From IMG/VR virus record IMGVR_UViG_3300023267_000044, positions 1 through 36,377 of that record: 36,377 nucleotides of DNA; one strand, given 5' to 3'. A model generated the notes under the pieces. The model saw only the letters and a list, made by a program, of their open reading frames with translations, had not been told where the DNA came from and did no database searches. Each line of letters opens with the position of its first letter. Within the stretch, counting starts at the first letter, position 1. This document shows positions 7,336 through 16,258 of the stretch, one piece after another. Made by a program: the position numbers and the translations under genes. The DNA is from a virus. Lineage: Duplodnaviria; Caudoviricetes.

Positions 7336-10169
7336 GTGAACCTCGACCTCCACTGGATGCCTGCTGCGGCGAGGTCGGCGATGTTCTGCTCGGACATCCC
7401 CTGCGAGGGGTAGATGTTCTGCTGGATCGGCGGCCGGCCGCTGGAGCCGGCACCCATCCCGTTGAGCATCGATCGGGTCTGCGAGGCGGTGGCGACGTAC
7501 TGCGCGCGGTCCTCGAAGATCATTTCCGGGCCGCGCTCGTTCACCATGTACGGCACGTTCGGCTTCGTGGCACCGCCGATGGCCTTGCCGCCGACGCCCC
7601 AGTCAGCAGCGACCTTGCTGTCCGTCGAGGTGACGGTGGTGATCCACAGGGTCGCGTACTTGTCCTTCAGGGTGGCGTCGTTGACCGCCTGGATCTTGGC
7701 CATCGCGTCCGCGTTGTCGCCCAGCAGCTTGACTTCCTTGCCGTCGGGCATGACGAGGACTGCTTGGCCCGCCTCGTTGACGCGCGCCGTGACGCCGATC
7801 GCCGCGAGCTGGGAGGCGTCCATGTTGGCCACGAACTTCTGCAAGCTGGCCGGGGCCTGGTCGCCCATGACGCTGACGAGCCGGACGGCCTCGGCGTTCT
7901 GGGCATTCATCGCCGCGGTGGCCTGCTCCTCCGCGGACTTGCTGGAGTTCATCGCCGCCGCGTGTCGACCGGCCGCGTCGATGGTGCCCGCGATGGACTG
8001 TTCGAGGGCGAGGTTGGCGTCCTTGGCCTCCTGCGACGACGAGCCGAACTTCTGCACCGCGTCGGCCGCGCGCGCCTGCGCGAGTTCCAACTGGGACAGC
8101 GACTGCCGGTACCCGATGTCGGTGTTCAGGATGCCGAGCTGGGTCGCCTGGAGTTCGAGGAGCTTGTCGATGTGAGTCTTGGTCGCCGCGGCGGCCTGCT
8201 CGTTCTTCAGCTTCTCGTCCGCCAGCGCGGCCCGCCAGAGCGCGCTCGCCTGCGTCGCCTGGTCGGAGTGGGCCCCGTACTCGGCGACCGCCCGGTTGTA
8301 GTTCGCCTGCGCGGCCTCGGCCGGGGACATGTTCTTGACCAGCTCTTTGAACTGGGTGTCGACCTCGGCGATGCGGCTCTTCAGGTCCGCCGCCTTGTCG
8401 CCGAGCTGACCGCCGAACACGTCATCGGCACCGGCCTGGGTCGCCGCGAGGCTGTTATTCCAGGCGTTCTGCTGGGCCTCGACCCCGGCGAGCTGAGTCT
8501 TCAGGCTGCCGAGCGACGCGGCCGCGTCCCTGGCCTTCTGGCCGCCTTCCGACAGCCCGCGGGCCATGCCCTCGGCGGCGTCCTTGATGGCGTTCTGCTG
8601 GACCAGGTACGTACCGAGGAGCACGCCCGCCACGGCGAGCGCGCCGCCGAGAGCGGGCAGAGCCGAGGCCAGGCCGCGGAGGGCACCGCTCGCGGCGGTG
8701 CCCATGTTGACCAGGCCCATACCGGCCTTGCTCGACCCGAGGAGCCGCTCGGTCAGCGCACCGGCGGCGATGGCCACGTCATCGATCTTGGACGCGAAGC
8801 CCTTGAGCCCGTTGCCGATGAGGCCGGTCGTGGAAAACAGCGTTAGGGCCTTGGTGGCGTCCGCGATGGAGCCGCCGAGCAGCCGCCAGCCGATGACGCC
8901 GACCGCGAGCGCGCCCGCCAGCGTGCCGAAGAACGTGGGCGCGCTGTTGATCAGGTTGAGCAGGCCGGACAGCACCGAGGCCGCGCCGGAGATCGCCGAC
9001 CCGAGGAGGGCGAAGCCGGGACCCGCGACCGCGTTGACGATGCTGAGCGCGGTGGTCAGAGCCTTGCCGATGCCGTCCGCGTTGCGGGCGAAGGACTCCG
9101 AGACAGAGCTGACGGCTCGCAGCGCTGGTTCGACGGCGAAGCCGAGGGCGTTGAAGAAGGTGTTGATCTCAGGCAGGAGCCGCCGGAAGATGTCGCCGAG
9201 GCCGCTGAACGCGTTGCTGGCAACGGTCTTGAAGGTGTCGAAGTAGGCCTGCGCCCGCGCCTTGGCGATGTCGAGCGTGTCGCCGAGTTCGCCGCCGAGC
9301 GAGATGCGCACGCCGTTGACGAAGGTCTTGGTCTGCTTGATCGCCAGGTCGAGCCCGGAGGCGAACCGCTCGGCGAACTCGCGTCCGCCGTCGGAAGCGG
9401 CCAGCTCGCCGAGCGCGCCGACGACGTTCTTGGCTTCCTCGAAGAGCGGCTTGAAGCCGATGCCCGCGAGGCTCTTGGCGTTGTCCTTCAAGGACGACCA
9501 GGTGCCGACGAGGGTCTTGGACTGGGCGGCCATCGCGCCGCCGTAGTCCTTCTGCATCTGGTCGAACAGGAGCGGCAGCACCTCGTTGGACAGCAGCTTG
9601 CCGTCCGAGGAGAGCTTCTGGAGCTCCTCGACCGGCTTCCCCAGCGCCTTGCTCAGGAGCTGCCAGACGGGGATGCCGTTCTCCACCATCTGCATGAGCT
9701 CTTCGCCCTGGAGCTTGCCCTTGCCCATCGCCTGGGTGGTGGCGAGCAGGATGCGGTTGAACGCGTCCTGATTGATGCCGAGGGCGCCCGCGGTGTTGCC
9801 GAGCGCGGTCAGGGTGGGGATGACCTGGTCGGCCGCCACACCGACGCCGAGGAGTTGGCGGGCGTTGTCGATCAGTCCGGGCAGCTCGAACGGCGTCGAC
9901 GCGGCGAACTTCTGGAGGTCGGCCAGCATGGCGCGCGCGGCGTCGCCGCTGCCGAGGAGCGTGGTGAACGCGACCTCGGCCTGCTCCTTCATGCTGTTGA
10001 ACTGGATGCCGACCGCTGCGGTGGCGCCGATGAGGATTCCGGCGCCCGCGGCGGCGTAGGCGAACGCCTTGGCTGCGGCGACGCCGAAAGACTTCAGCTT
10101 GTCGCGGGCCCCGTCGTCCTCGGTGTCGACAGCGATGTAGCCGCGGCCGATCTCCACACCACGCGGCAC
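7332..10169 (-). CDS. Tape measure protein
   Basis: 945 aa, Ala/Gly-rich and helical; N-terminal FAASTPFEL tape-measure motif; follows chaperones. Confidence 0.95.
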   Translation of the reverse strand: MPRGVEIGRGYIAVDTEDDGARDKLKSFGVAAAKAFAYAAAGAGILIGATAAVGIQFNSMKEQAEVAFTTLLGSGDAARAMLADLQKFAASTPFELPGLIDNARQLLGVGVAADQVIPTLTALGNTAGALGINQDAFNRILLATTQAMGKGKLQGEELMQMVENGIPVWQLLSKALGKPVEELQKLSSDGKLLSNEVLPLLFDQMQKDYGGAMAAQSKTLVGTWSSLKDNAKSLAGIGFKPLFEEAKNVVGALGELAASDGGREFAERFASGLDLAIKQTKTFVNGVRISLGGELGDTLDIAKARAQAYFDTFKTVASNAFSGLGDIFRRLLPEINTFFNALGFAVEPALRAVSSVSESFARNADGIGKALTTALSIVNAVAGPGFALLGSAISGAASVLSGLLNLINSAPTFFGTLAGALAVGVIGWRLLGGSIADATKALTLFSTTGLIGNGLKGFASKIDDVAIAAGALTERLLGSSKAGMGLVNMGTAASGALRGLASALPALGGALAVAGVLLGTYLVQQNAIKDAAEGMARGLSEGGQKARDAAASLGSLKTQLAGVEAQQNAWNNSLAATQAGADDVFGGQLGDKAADLKSRIAEVDTQFKELVKNMSPAEAAQANYNRAVAEYGAHSDQATQASALWRAALADEKLKNEQAAAATKTHIDKLLELQATQLGILNTDIGYRQSLSQLELAQARAADAVQKFGSSSQEAKDANLALEQSIAGTIDAAGRHAAAMNSSKSAEEQATAAMNAQNAEAVRLVSVMGDQAPASLQKFVANMDASQLAAIGVTARVNEAGQAVLVMPDGKEVKLLGDNADAMAKIQAVNDATLKDKYATLWITTVTSTDSKVAADWGVGGKAIGGATKPNVPYMVNERGPEMIFEDRAQYVATASQTRSMLNGMGAGSSGRPPIQQNIYPSQGMSEQNIADLAAAGIQWRSRFT

Positions 10170-10184
10170 AGCCCACCTCCACCA

Positions 10185-10643
10185 TCAGGGTTGGGCGGCC
10201 TCCAGAGGAGGTAGGCCGAACGCCGAGAAGAAGGCGTTGATGCGCTTGCGCTTGCGTGGCTGGCCGCCGGGCCGGGGCATGGCCTCGGGGTACGGCGGCG
10301 CGGGCGTGCCGGGCTTGCGATTCCTCGCGGCGTACAGCCAGCGGAGGCCGCGGGTCTCGTCGATGAGGGTGGCGAGCATCCAGTCCTGTGTGGACCAGAC
10401 GTCGGCGGGAAGCTCCTCGATCGGCGTGGTCTTCAGGTCGCCCTGCTCTTTGTAGATGCGCCGGAGCACGGTGTGAATCCGGCTGTCGTTGGGGAGCCCG
10501 CGGAAGAGGACCCGGAACCTCCGCAGGGACATGCGGTCCGTGTAGAGGTCGGCCAGGTCGATGCCGCGGACGGCCAGATCGAACTCGATGGCCTCCCGCG
10601 CCTCCTCGTGGTCGAGGAAGGTCAGGAGGCCTGCGATTCCCCC
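10185..10643 (-). CDS. Tail assembly chaperone, -1 frameshifted extension (gpGT-like)
   Basis: The -1 frame is open from the GGGGGAA site (GIAGLLTFLDHEEAREAIEFDL...) into ORF 10185..10532. Confidence 0.85.
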   Translation of the reverse strand, partial: GGIAGLLTFLDHEEAREAIEFDLAVRGIDLADLYTDRMSLRRFRVLFRGLPNDSRIHTVLRRIYKEQGDLKTTPIEELPADVWSTQDWMLATLIDETRGLRWLYAARNRKPGTPAPPYPEAMPRPGGQPRKRKRINAFFSAFGLPPLEAAQP

Positions 10644-11023
10644 GAGGCGGCCCCGTACACGGCGGTCGTGTACGCGTCCCAGAAGCTGTGGATGACCTCG
10701 ATGTCGTCGAAGAAGTTCGGCTCGACCGCGAGCGCCTGCATGAGCTGCTCCTGGCCTACCGCCGCTTCGAGGACGGCCATCGCCGCGTCCATGCGGACCA
10801 TGACGTTGAGGGTGTCGTTGTTGACGACCCTGATCGAGAAGGCGGCCTTGCCGAACTTGACGGCCTGGAGGTCCACAACGAACTCGATGTCACGCCACAC
10901 GAAGGTGATGTTGCGGCCCTGGGCCTCGGCGGCGAGCGCGTTGGGCGCGAGCGCTCTGCTGAGGTCGGGGACCGGCCCGGTGGACTTGGCGGACTTGCGC
11001 TTGCGCTTCTGCGAGCGGGGCAT
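10622..11023 (-). CDS. Tail assembly chaperone (gpG-like)
   Basis: ATG 11023; lies between major tail and tape measure genes; ends ..SGESQAS. Confidence 0.85.
   Translation of the reverse strand: MPRSQKRKRKSAKSTGPVPDLSRALAPNALAAEAQGRNITFVWRDIEFVVDLQAVKFGKAAFSIRVVNNDTLNVMVRMDAAMAVLEAAVGQEQLMQALAVEPNFFDDIEVIHSFWDAYTTAVYGAASGESQAS
10637..10643 (-). promoter_or_regulatory. -1 ribosomal slippery site G GGG GAA
   Basis: TCG GGG GAA near the end of the chaperone gene; -1 frame open. Confidence 0.85.
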
Positions 11024-11061
11024 GTGCGGCTCCGAACGTCGGTGCGGCGGACAGGATGAAA

Positions 11062-11096
11062 GTGGGGTCGGACGGCCGCACAGCGTCCGACCCCAC
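11062..11096 (-). terminator. Intrinsic terminator after the major tail gene
   Basis: 13-bp stem GTGGGGTCGGACG/CGTCCGACCCCAC followed by TTTC on the minus strand. Confidence 0.7.
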
Positions 11097-11100
11097 CGGC

Positions 11101-11706
11101 TCAGGCGTTGACCAGACCGGGGTGGTTGGTCGCGATGTAGTACGGCGGGGCCGTGTCGGTCTCCTGCTCGAACTCGAACGTGATCTGCGTGTTCGCCGTG
11201 TCGCTGTTGTTGAACTGGAGGTCTCCCAGCTCGGACACCGTGAGGCGAGGCACGTAGACGAGGAGCTTCACGCCGAAGTCGAGATCCTGGATCTCGAACA
11301 GGCCCGCCTTGGGCGGGTTGGACGCGGTCGCCGGGATGGTCGCGGTGACCGTGCCGTTGGCGCCGGGGGTGTAGGTGGTGCCGGGCTCGACCAGGTTCCA
11401 CACCTTGCGGTTGAACTCGCGGCACGTGAACTGGATCGAGCGGACCTTCATCGTCAGCAGGGACCGCAGGGTCGCGCCCTGGAGCTGCCACGCGCTGACA
11501 CGCTCGGTCGTGGTGTCGAAGCTCAACGTCGGGGTGTCCTCCTCGTGGAGGTAGCCGAGGTTGGCCGCGGTCCAGGCCGGGGGCAGCGCGGAGTCGACGT
11601 CGACGGTGGCGTCGGCGGGGACGGTGAACGGCGGTGCGGTGCCGAACGGGGCGATGTAGACGTTGCCGTACTTGCCGACGACGGTGTTCTCAACGACCGG
11701 GGCCAC
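11101..11706 (-). CDS. Major tail (tube) protein
   Basis: GNVYIAPFGT..., LGYLHEE, AWQ motifs; AAGGAG RBS; position. Confidence 0.9.
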   Translation of the reverse strand: MAPVVENTVVGKYGNVYIAPFGTAPPFTVPADATVDVDSALPPAWTAANLGYLHEEDTPTLSFDTTTERVSAWQLQGATLRSLLTMKVRSIQFTCREFNRKVWNLVEPGTTYTPGANGTVTATIPATASNPPKAGLFEIQDLDFGVKLLVYVPRLTVSELGDLQFNNSDTANTQITFEFEQETDTAPPYYIATNHPGLVNA

Positions 11707-11759
11707 GGGTCACTCCTTGGGCATGACGAAGAGCCCCGTGCTCGGGGCAGGAAGGGGGG

Positions 11760-12185
11760 TTAGAGCGGGCGGTACGTCGCCGAGACCGGGATGATCGCCC
11801 GCGGTGACCCGGTGTCCGGGTCGGTGAGTGGGAACGGCTCGTCGACCAGGCGCACCAGGCTGAAGCCGCCGAGGGCGGTGCGCTTCTGCTCCAACGACTG
11901 GACGATGCCCGCGAACTGCCGGGCGTACTCCATCGCCGCGAACAGGTCGGGGTCGTAGACGTGGAGGTCGAACAGCGCCGTCGCGAGGCGGAGCTGGACG
12001 TTGCGCCGTCCGCCGGGCACCTGCACCACGTGCAGGTAGGGCATCCCCGCGGGGAAGTGGTCGGGCAGCGTCTCGAGGATGTGCTCGTTGACCGGGTTGA
12101 ACGGGTCCGGGATGTCCTCGTGCGCCCGGATGAGGTCGAGCATCATCAGCCACGGGTTGGGCATGACGACCACGGGGACGGTCAT
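11760..12185 (-). CDS. Tail terminator protein
   Basis: ATG 12185; P.LHVVQVPGG motif; directly before the major tail gene. Confidence 0.75.
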   Translation of the reverse strand: MTVPVVVMPNPWLMMLDLIRAHEDIPDPFNPVNEHILETLPDHFPAGMPYLHVVQVPGGRRNVQLRLATALFDLHVYDPDLFAAMEYARQFAGIVQSLEQKRTALGGFSLVRLVDEPFPLTDPDTGSPRAIIPVSATYRPL

Positions 12186-12187
12186 GC

Positions 12188-12484
12188 TCACCCCTTCCGG
12201 ATCGCGCGCCGACCGGGAGCCTGCGCGCGCATCTTCGACGTGCCGTACTCCAGCCAGTACCACGCGGACCCAGGGCTGCGGGCGGTGTCGGCGACGACCA
12301 GGAACTGATCGCCGTCCTCCTCGACGTCGATCGACGCGTCGGTTGCACCGGTGATCCGGTTGATGTTGCCTTTCCAAGCGGTTGCGATCTTCGTTGCCTG
12401 GGAGCGCTTCATCCCCTTGGACTCGGGACCGCGCAGCAAGCGCTCGATCGCCGAGGGGTTCATGACTACCCGGACGCTAGGCAC
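12188..12484 (-). CDS. HK97 gp10-like tail completion protein
   Basis: WYWLEYGTSKMRAQAP motif; GGAGGT RBS before GTG 12484. Confidence 0.8.
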   Translation of the reverse strand: MPSVRVVMNPSAIERLLRGPESKGMKRSQATKIATAWKGNINRITGATDASIDVEEDGDQFLVVADTARSPGSAWYWLEYGTSKMRAQAPGRRAIRKG

Positions 12485-12821
12485 TGGGCACACCTCCGGA
12501 GAAGGTCGTCAGGGCGACCTCGTAGTGGTGGAGACCGCGTGGGCTGTGAACGGGGTAGACGCTGACCACCTCGAGCACCTTGTCCTCCACCTCGACCCGG
12601 TCGTGCTCGGACACGACCGCGGCGGGAGGGAGGAACAGCTTCCACTGACCGATCGAGAGGTCCCGGTTGTCGTCGCTCTCAGCGCCGCCGACCAGTTGCA
12701 GGCGGCACGGGCGCTCCTGCGTCCCCGGATTCGCCCAGTTGTCCGTCGCCGTCCCGAAGCCGTTGGCCGTCTTGGTCGGCGTCAGGATTCGGCAGGTCTG
12801 CTTCAGCAGTCGACTCAGCAC
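12477..12821 (-). CDS. Head closure (stopper) protein
   Basis: DRVEVEDKVLEVV..HHYEV pattern; GGAGGT RBS; position. Confidence 0.8.
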   Translation of the reverse strand: MLSRLLKQTCRILTPTKTANGFGTATDNWANPGTQERPCRLQLVGGAESDDNRDLSIGQWKLFLPPAAVVSEHDRVEVEDKVLEVVSVYPVHSPRGLHHYEVALTTFSGGVPSA

Positions 12822-12933
12822 CGGACACCTCCGTCGGTTCGGCGTGGTGGCCTTCGGCGAGCAGGGCTTCGAGCTCCAGGCGGTTACGTGCCGGGAGGGG
12901 CTGGCCGTCGAACTTGCTGAACGCGTACCGCAT
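12679..12933 (-). CDS. Small hypothetical protein (MRYAFSKFDG...) overlapping the head closure gene
   Basis: GAGGAG RBS before ATG 12933; fills a 120-bp gap but runs 143 nt into the next gene. Confidence 0.45.
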   Translation of the reverse strand: MRYAFSKFDGQPLPARNRLELEALLAEGHHAEPTEVSGAESTAEADLPNPDADQDGQRLRDGDGQLGESGDAGAPVPPATGRRR

Positions 12934-12941
12934 GTCTCTCC

Positions 12942-13502
12942 TCATGCCGGGTTCGGAATCCTGTAGGTGTCGAGGATCGTCTTCTCGTGATCCATCAGCG
13001 CCGACCCGCCGGCCTGGTTGAAGCCGATCTGCGAGTAGGTCGTCCCGAGGCTGTAGTCGCCGATGGACTCCTGGTCGCGAACCACGCCACCGGCGGGCGT
13101 CAGGAGGCCGCGGGCGGCGGCGTTCATGACGATCTCCCTGACCTCCAGGGGGACCTCGGTGTAGCCGTGCTCGATGACCGCGACGACCCCGCGGAGCTTG
13201 CGCGTCCACGGGGTCGAGCGCTTCAGGTAGCCCGCCTCGGTCCACTCGAGGTCGTCGAGGTCGAGCGCCTCGGCGTTCTCGGTGACGGATGTCAGGGCCG
13301 TGAGAAACAGCGTGGGGAGCTTGAGCACGTCGGCGCCGGAGCCGTCGACCGTGACGGTGTCGACGTGGGACGGCGCGACGTGCCAGCGGCAGTAGTTCCG
13401 CACCGCGGCCGACACCTGCTCCAGCAGCATGTCGGACCGGGCCTGCTCGAAGGTGAGACCGGTGTAGGTCTCGAGTTCAGTCGTGGTCGCCAGCGGGGCC
13501 AT
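12942..13502 (-). CDS. Head-to-tail adaptor
   Basis: LLEQVSAAVRNYCRWHVAP, HGYTEVP, LDTYRI motifs; position. Confidence 0.85.
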   Translation of the reverse strand: MAPLATTTELETYTGLTFEQARSDMLLEQVSAAVRNYCRWHVAPSHVDTVTVDGSGADVLKLPTLFLTALTSVTENAEALDLDDLEWTEAGYLKRSTPWTRKLRGVVAVIEHGYTEVPLEVREIVMNAAARGLLTPAGGVVRDQESIGDYSLGTTYSQIGFNQAGGSALMDHEKTILDTYRIPNPA

Positions 13503-13782
13503 CGGTGCTCCCCTTGTCGCTCGCGGTCCGCGCCTTGTTCTGTGCGCCGCGGGCCTTGGTCGGGGGCTTGCCGTCGACCGGCACGGCGTCGTCGCCGTAG
13601 GCCTCGGCGTCCTTGTCGTTCAGCTTCATCACCGTGGTGTTCTTGCCGACGGTGACGTTGTACCTGCGCAGCTCTCCCACTGACGTGACCCTTTCCTGGG
13701 GGATGTCCACTGGAGTCGAGGTGGACGGTGTCCCGCACGTGGCGTGAGCGACACCGCATACGGGACACCGTCCGTGGGCCAT
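13477..13782 (-). CDS. Hypothetical head-region protein with CxxC-xxx-HxxC motif
   Basis: TGATG-coupled start MAHGRCPVCGVAHATCG; an alternative GTG start near 13680 is possible. Confidence 0.6.
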   Translation of the reverse strand: MAHGRCPVCGVAHATCGTPSTSTPVDIPQERVTSVGELRRYNVTVGKNTTVMKLNDKDAEAYGDDAVPVDGKPPTKARGAQNKARTASDKGSTDGPAGDHD

Positions 13783-14003
13783 CAGCCGATGATTCCGGCC
13801 TTGCGGCACTCCGTGAGGAGCGCGTTGAGCTTCGCCGACAAGTCGCGGAAGTTGTTGTTGAGCGTCGCCTGGGTGAACGACGCGCCGACGTCCACCAGCG
13901 TGCCGTCGGCGGTTCCCGGACCCTCGGTGAGGTTGGCGACCGTGACGGCCGCCGCTCCGGTCGACTCGCGCCGCTTGCCTGCGGCCGGGTTCAAGTACGT
14001 CAC
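13782..14003 (-). CDS. Head fiber/decoration-like small protein
   Basis: Directly after capsid; KLNALLTECRKAGII tail; GGAGGAGG RBS. Confidence 0.65.
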   Translation of the reverse strand: MTYLNPAAGKRRESTGAAAVTVANLTEGPGTADGTLVDVGASFTQATLNNNFRDLSAKLNALLTECRKAGIIG

Positions 14004-14018
14004 GGTGCCTCCTCCGGA

Positions 14019-15317
14019 TCAGGCGGTCAGGTCGATCTCGACGAACGCGTTCGGCTGGATGATGCCGAAGGCCGCGCGCATCTCGGCGAGGATCGCCACG
14101 AGGTTCTGGATGAAGAAGTTCGCGTGCGAGTCGCTCATCGTGATGGACGCCTGCTCGCGGTCCCAGAGGATGGCCTTGCGCCAGTCGCCGACGTAGCCGG
14201 TGCCCGCGGGGACAGCCTCGGACTCGATGACCGGCAGGTTCCACAGCGGGGCCGCGGTGCCGATCTGGATGGTGCCGGACGGCCCGCCGAAGTAGAAGCG
14301 GTTCTCGTTGTCCGTCAGCAGGTCGAGCGCCTCGACGTCCAGCGGGTTGAGCACGTAGCCGGTCGCGATGGAGCGGCCGACGGTGCGGACCTTCGTCTTC
14401 GCCTTGCGCAGGGTGACGAGCGCGTTGGTGTCCCACGCCTGCGCCTGCACGCCGGAGACGTTGCTCAGGCCCTCGAAGTTCTCGCCGACGTTGTCGCCGG
14501 CGATCATCTGGTCTTCGAGCTCTTCCTCCAGGCCGTACTGGAGGAAGTTGTCGATCAGGGTCCGGATCTGCGCGGCGTCGCTCAGGGCCCGCTTGGTGAC
14601 GGGAATCCAGTGGGCGATCGTCTTCACCGGGGCCGCGACCTTGATGGTGGCCATCGAGGACTCGGGCTTGGTGCCGTTGGACGTCGTGGTCGCCTCGGCC
14701 ACCGGGGCGGCCGCGTTGGTGGTGCTGGCGATGCGGACGTAGTCGACTGTGTCGGACCCGGTGGTGCCGGGCGTGACGAGGTCGCGCAGGGTCAGGGGGC
14801 GCTGGAACGCCTCCATGCCGACCTGGAGGCCGAGGGAGTCGTTCTGGACGAACGCGCCCGCGGCGGTGTCCGAGGCGCCCGTGAGGAGCGCCTTGGCGCT
14901 GCGCGAGGTGGGCACCAGGTGCTGGAAGCCAGCCGGGCGGGCCTGGACCCGGTGCTGCTTGGAGAAGTTCCCGCCGGGGACGCTGTCCAGGAGCGCCTTG
15001 TACTCGGCGGACTCGATGTAGTGCTGACCGAGGGACTTGCGGCCGTCCGGGATCACCAGGCCGGACGGGGTGCGCTTCTCCGACTTCTCGTTCAGGCCGA
15101 TCTCGTCGCCGAAACCGGCGATGGCCTTGCGGAGTTCGCCGTCGCCCTTGGCCTTCTTGAACTGCTCGGCGAGGTCGTTGGCCTCGGCCATCTTCGCCTG
15201 GACGGCGGAGCGCTCGTCGTCGGTGAAGTCGCGGCCAGCGTCCTCGGCCTTCGCCGAGATGGCCTGCGCTTCCTTCAGGACGACCTCGAGCCGCCCCTTG
15301 ATCTCGTCAATCTTCAT
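14019..15317 (-). CDS. Major capsid protein, HK97 family
   Basis: N-terminal coiled-coil delta domain; KTIAHWIPVT, LWNLPVIES, AEMRAAFGIIQPNAF motifs. Confidence 0.95.
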   Translation of the reverse strand: MKIDEIKGRLEVVLKEAQAISAKAEDAGRDFTDDERSAVQAKMAEANDLAEQFKKAKGDGELRKAIAGFGDEIGLNEKSEKRTPSGLVIPDGRKSLGQHYIESAEYKALLDSVPGGNFSKQHRVQARPAGFQHLVPTSRSAKALLTGASDTAAGAFVQNDSLGLQVGMEAFQRPLTLRDLVTPGTTGSDTVDYVRIASTTNAAAPVAEATTTSNGTKPESSMATIKVAAPVKTIAHWIPVTKRALSDAAQIRTLIDNFLQYGLEEELEDQMIAGDNVGENFEGLSNVSGVQAQAWDTNALVTLRKAKTKVRTVGRSIATGYVLNPLDVEALDLLTDNENRFYFGGPSGTIQIGTAAPLWNLPVIESEAVPAGTGYVGDWRKAILWDREQASITMSDSHANFFIQNLVAILAEMRAAFGIIQPNAFVEIDLTA

Positions 15318-15326
15318 CGTGGTTCC

Positions 15327-16196
15327 TCAGTCCGTGAGCGTGAGGCCCGAAGCGAGTGCTGCGAGCTCGGCGCGCAGACGGAGCGAGGCGGGGCTGGGCT
15401 GGGTCGGCTGAACATCCTTGGCCCCTTCGGGCTCCTCGGAGTCGGCGGACCGGGCCGGTGGCTCGGCCTTCTCGTCGTCGCTTGTGGTGCTGGTGTCGGT
15501 GGAGCCCAGCAACTCCTTCACGAGGGCCTCGATCTGCTTGAGGCCATCGAGCCGCGCTGCCGCCGGGGCCGTCGCCGCTTTCGTCCCCGCAGGGTCGAAA
15601 GCGGTCTTGACGGCCTGCCTGATGGCCGCGGAGTCTTCGGGAGTGGCGCCGTCGATGCTGATGCGCACCGGGCGGTCGCCGGACTTGACGTCCAGGAGTT
15701 CGGTCTGCTGGTTGGCGCCGATGAGCGTCGGGCCGACCTCGAACAGCTTCAGCCTGCGCAGCTCGTAGTAGCTGGAGTCGACGCCGTTGGCCTTCTGCTC
15801 GACCCAGCCGCCCTCCACGATGTCGTAGGCGAAGCTGAACTGCGTGACCCGTCGGCCCTTCAGCAGGCGGTAGACCTTGGCCGCCTTCGACTTGGGGTCG
15901 GCGAGGTCGTCCAGGTCGATCTGGGCCTTCACCCAGAGACCTTCGGGGCGCTCCTCGGACTCCAGGACGTAGCCGATGTGGTAGTCGGGGTCGTGGGACA
16001 GGTGGCTCCACAGCACCGGAATGGGGTCGCCCTTGGCCGCCCACTCCGCGAGGGTCTCCGCGAACGCGCCGGGCACGATCTTGTCCCCGACGGAGTCCAG
16101 GTTGTACGCGGCTACGATCGCCTCGAACACGCCCTCTTCGGTGCCCTCGTTGGGGCCAGCGGCCTTGATCTGCACGGGGCAGCTCTTGATACGCAC
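15327..16196 (-). CDS. HK97-family prohead protease
   Basis: AAGGAG RBS before GTG 16196; DKIVPGAF, PVLWSH, FSFAY, LFEVGPTLIGAN motifs. Confidence 0.92.
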   Translation of the reverse strand: MRIKSCPVQIKAAGPNEGTEEGVFEAIVAAYNLDSVGDKIVPGAFAETLAEWAAKGDPIPVLWSHLSHDPDYHIGYVLESEERPEGLWVKAQIDLDDLADPKSKAAKVYRLLKGRRVTQFSFAYDIVEGGWVEQKANGVDSSYYELRRLKLFEVGPTLIGANQQTELLDVKSGDRPVRISIDGATPEDSAAIRQAVKTAFDPAGTKAATAPAAARLDGLKQIEALVKELLGSTDTSTTSDDEKAEPPARSADSEEPEGAKDVQPTQPSPASLRLRAELAALASGLTLTD

Positions 16197-16258
16197 GGTT
16201 CTCCTTCCGCCCTTGTGCGGTCGGGCTGGCGGAGGTCTGCCCCGCCGGATGGGTTTGG

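Noticed and set aside
11733-11748. Short hairpin GCCCCG-N4-CGGGGC before the major tail gene
   Set aside because: 6-bp stem with a poor U-tract; too weak to call a terminator.
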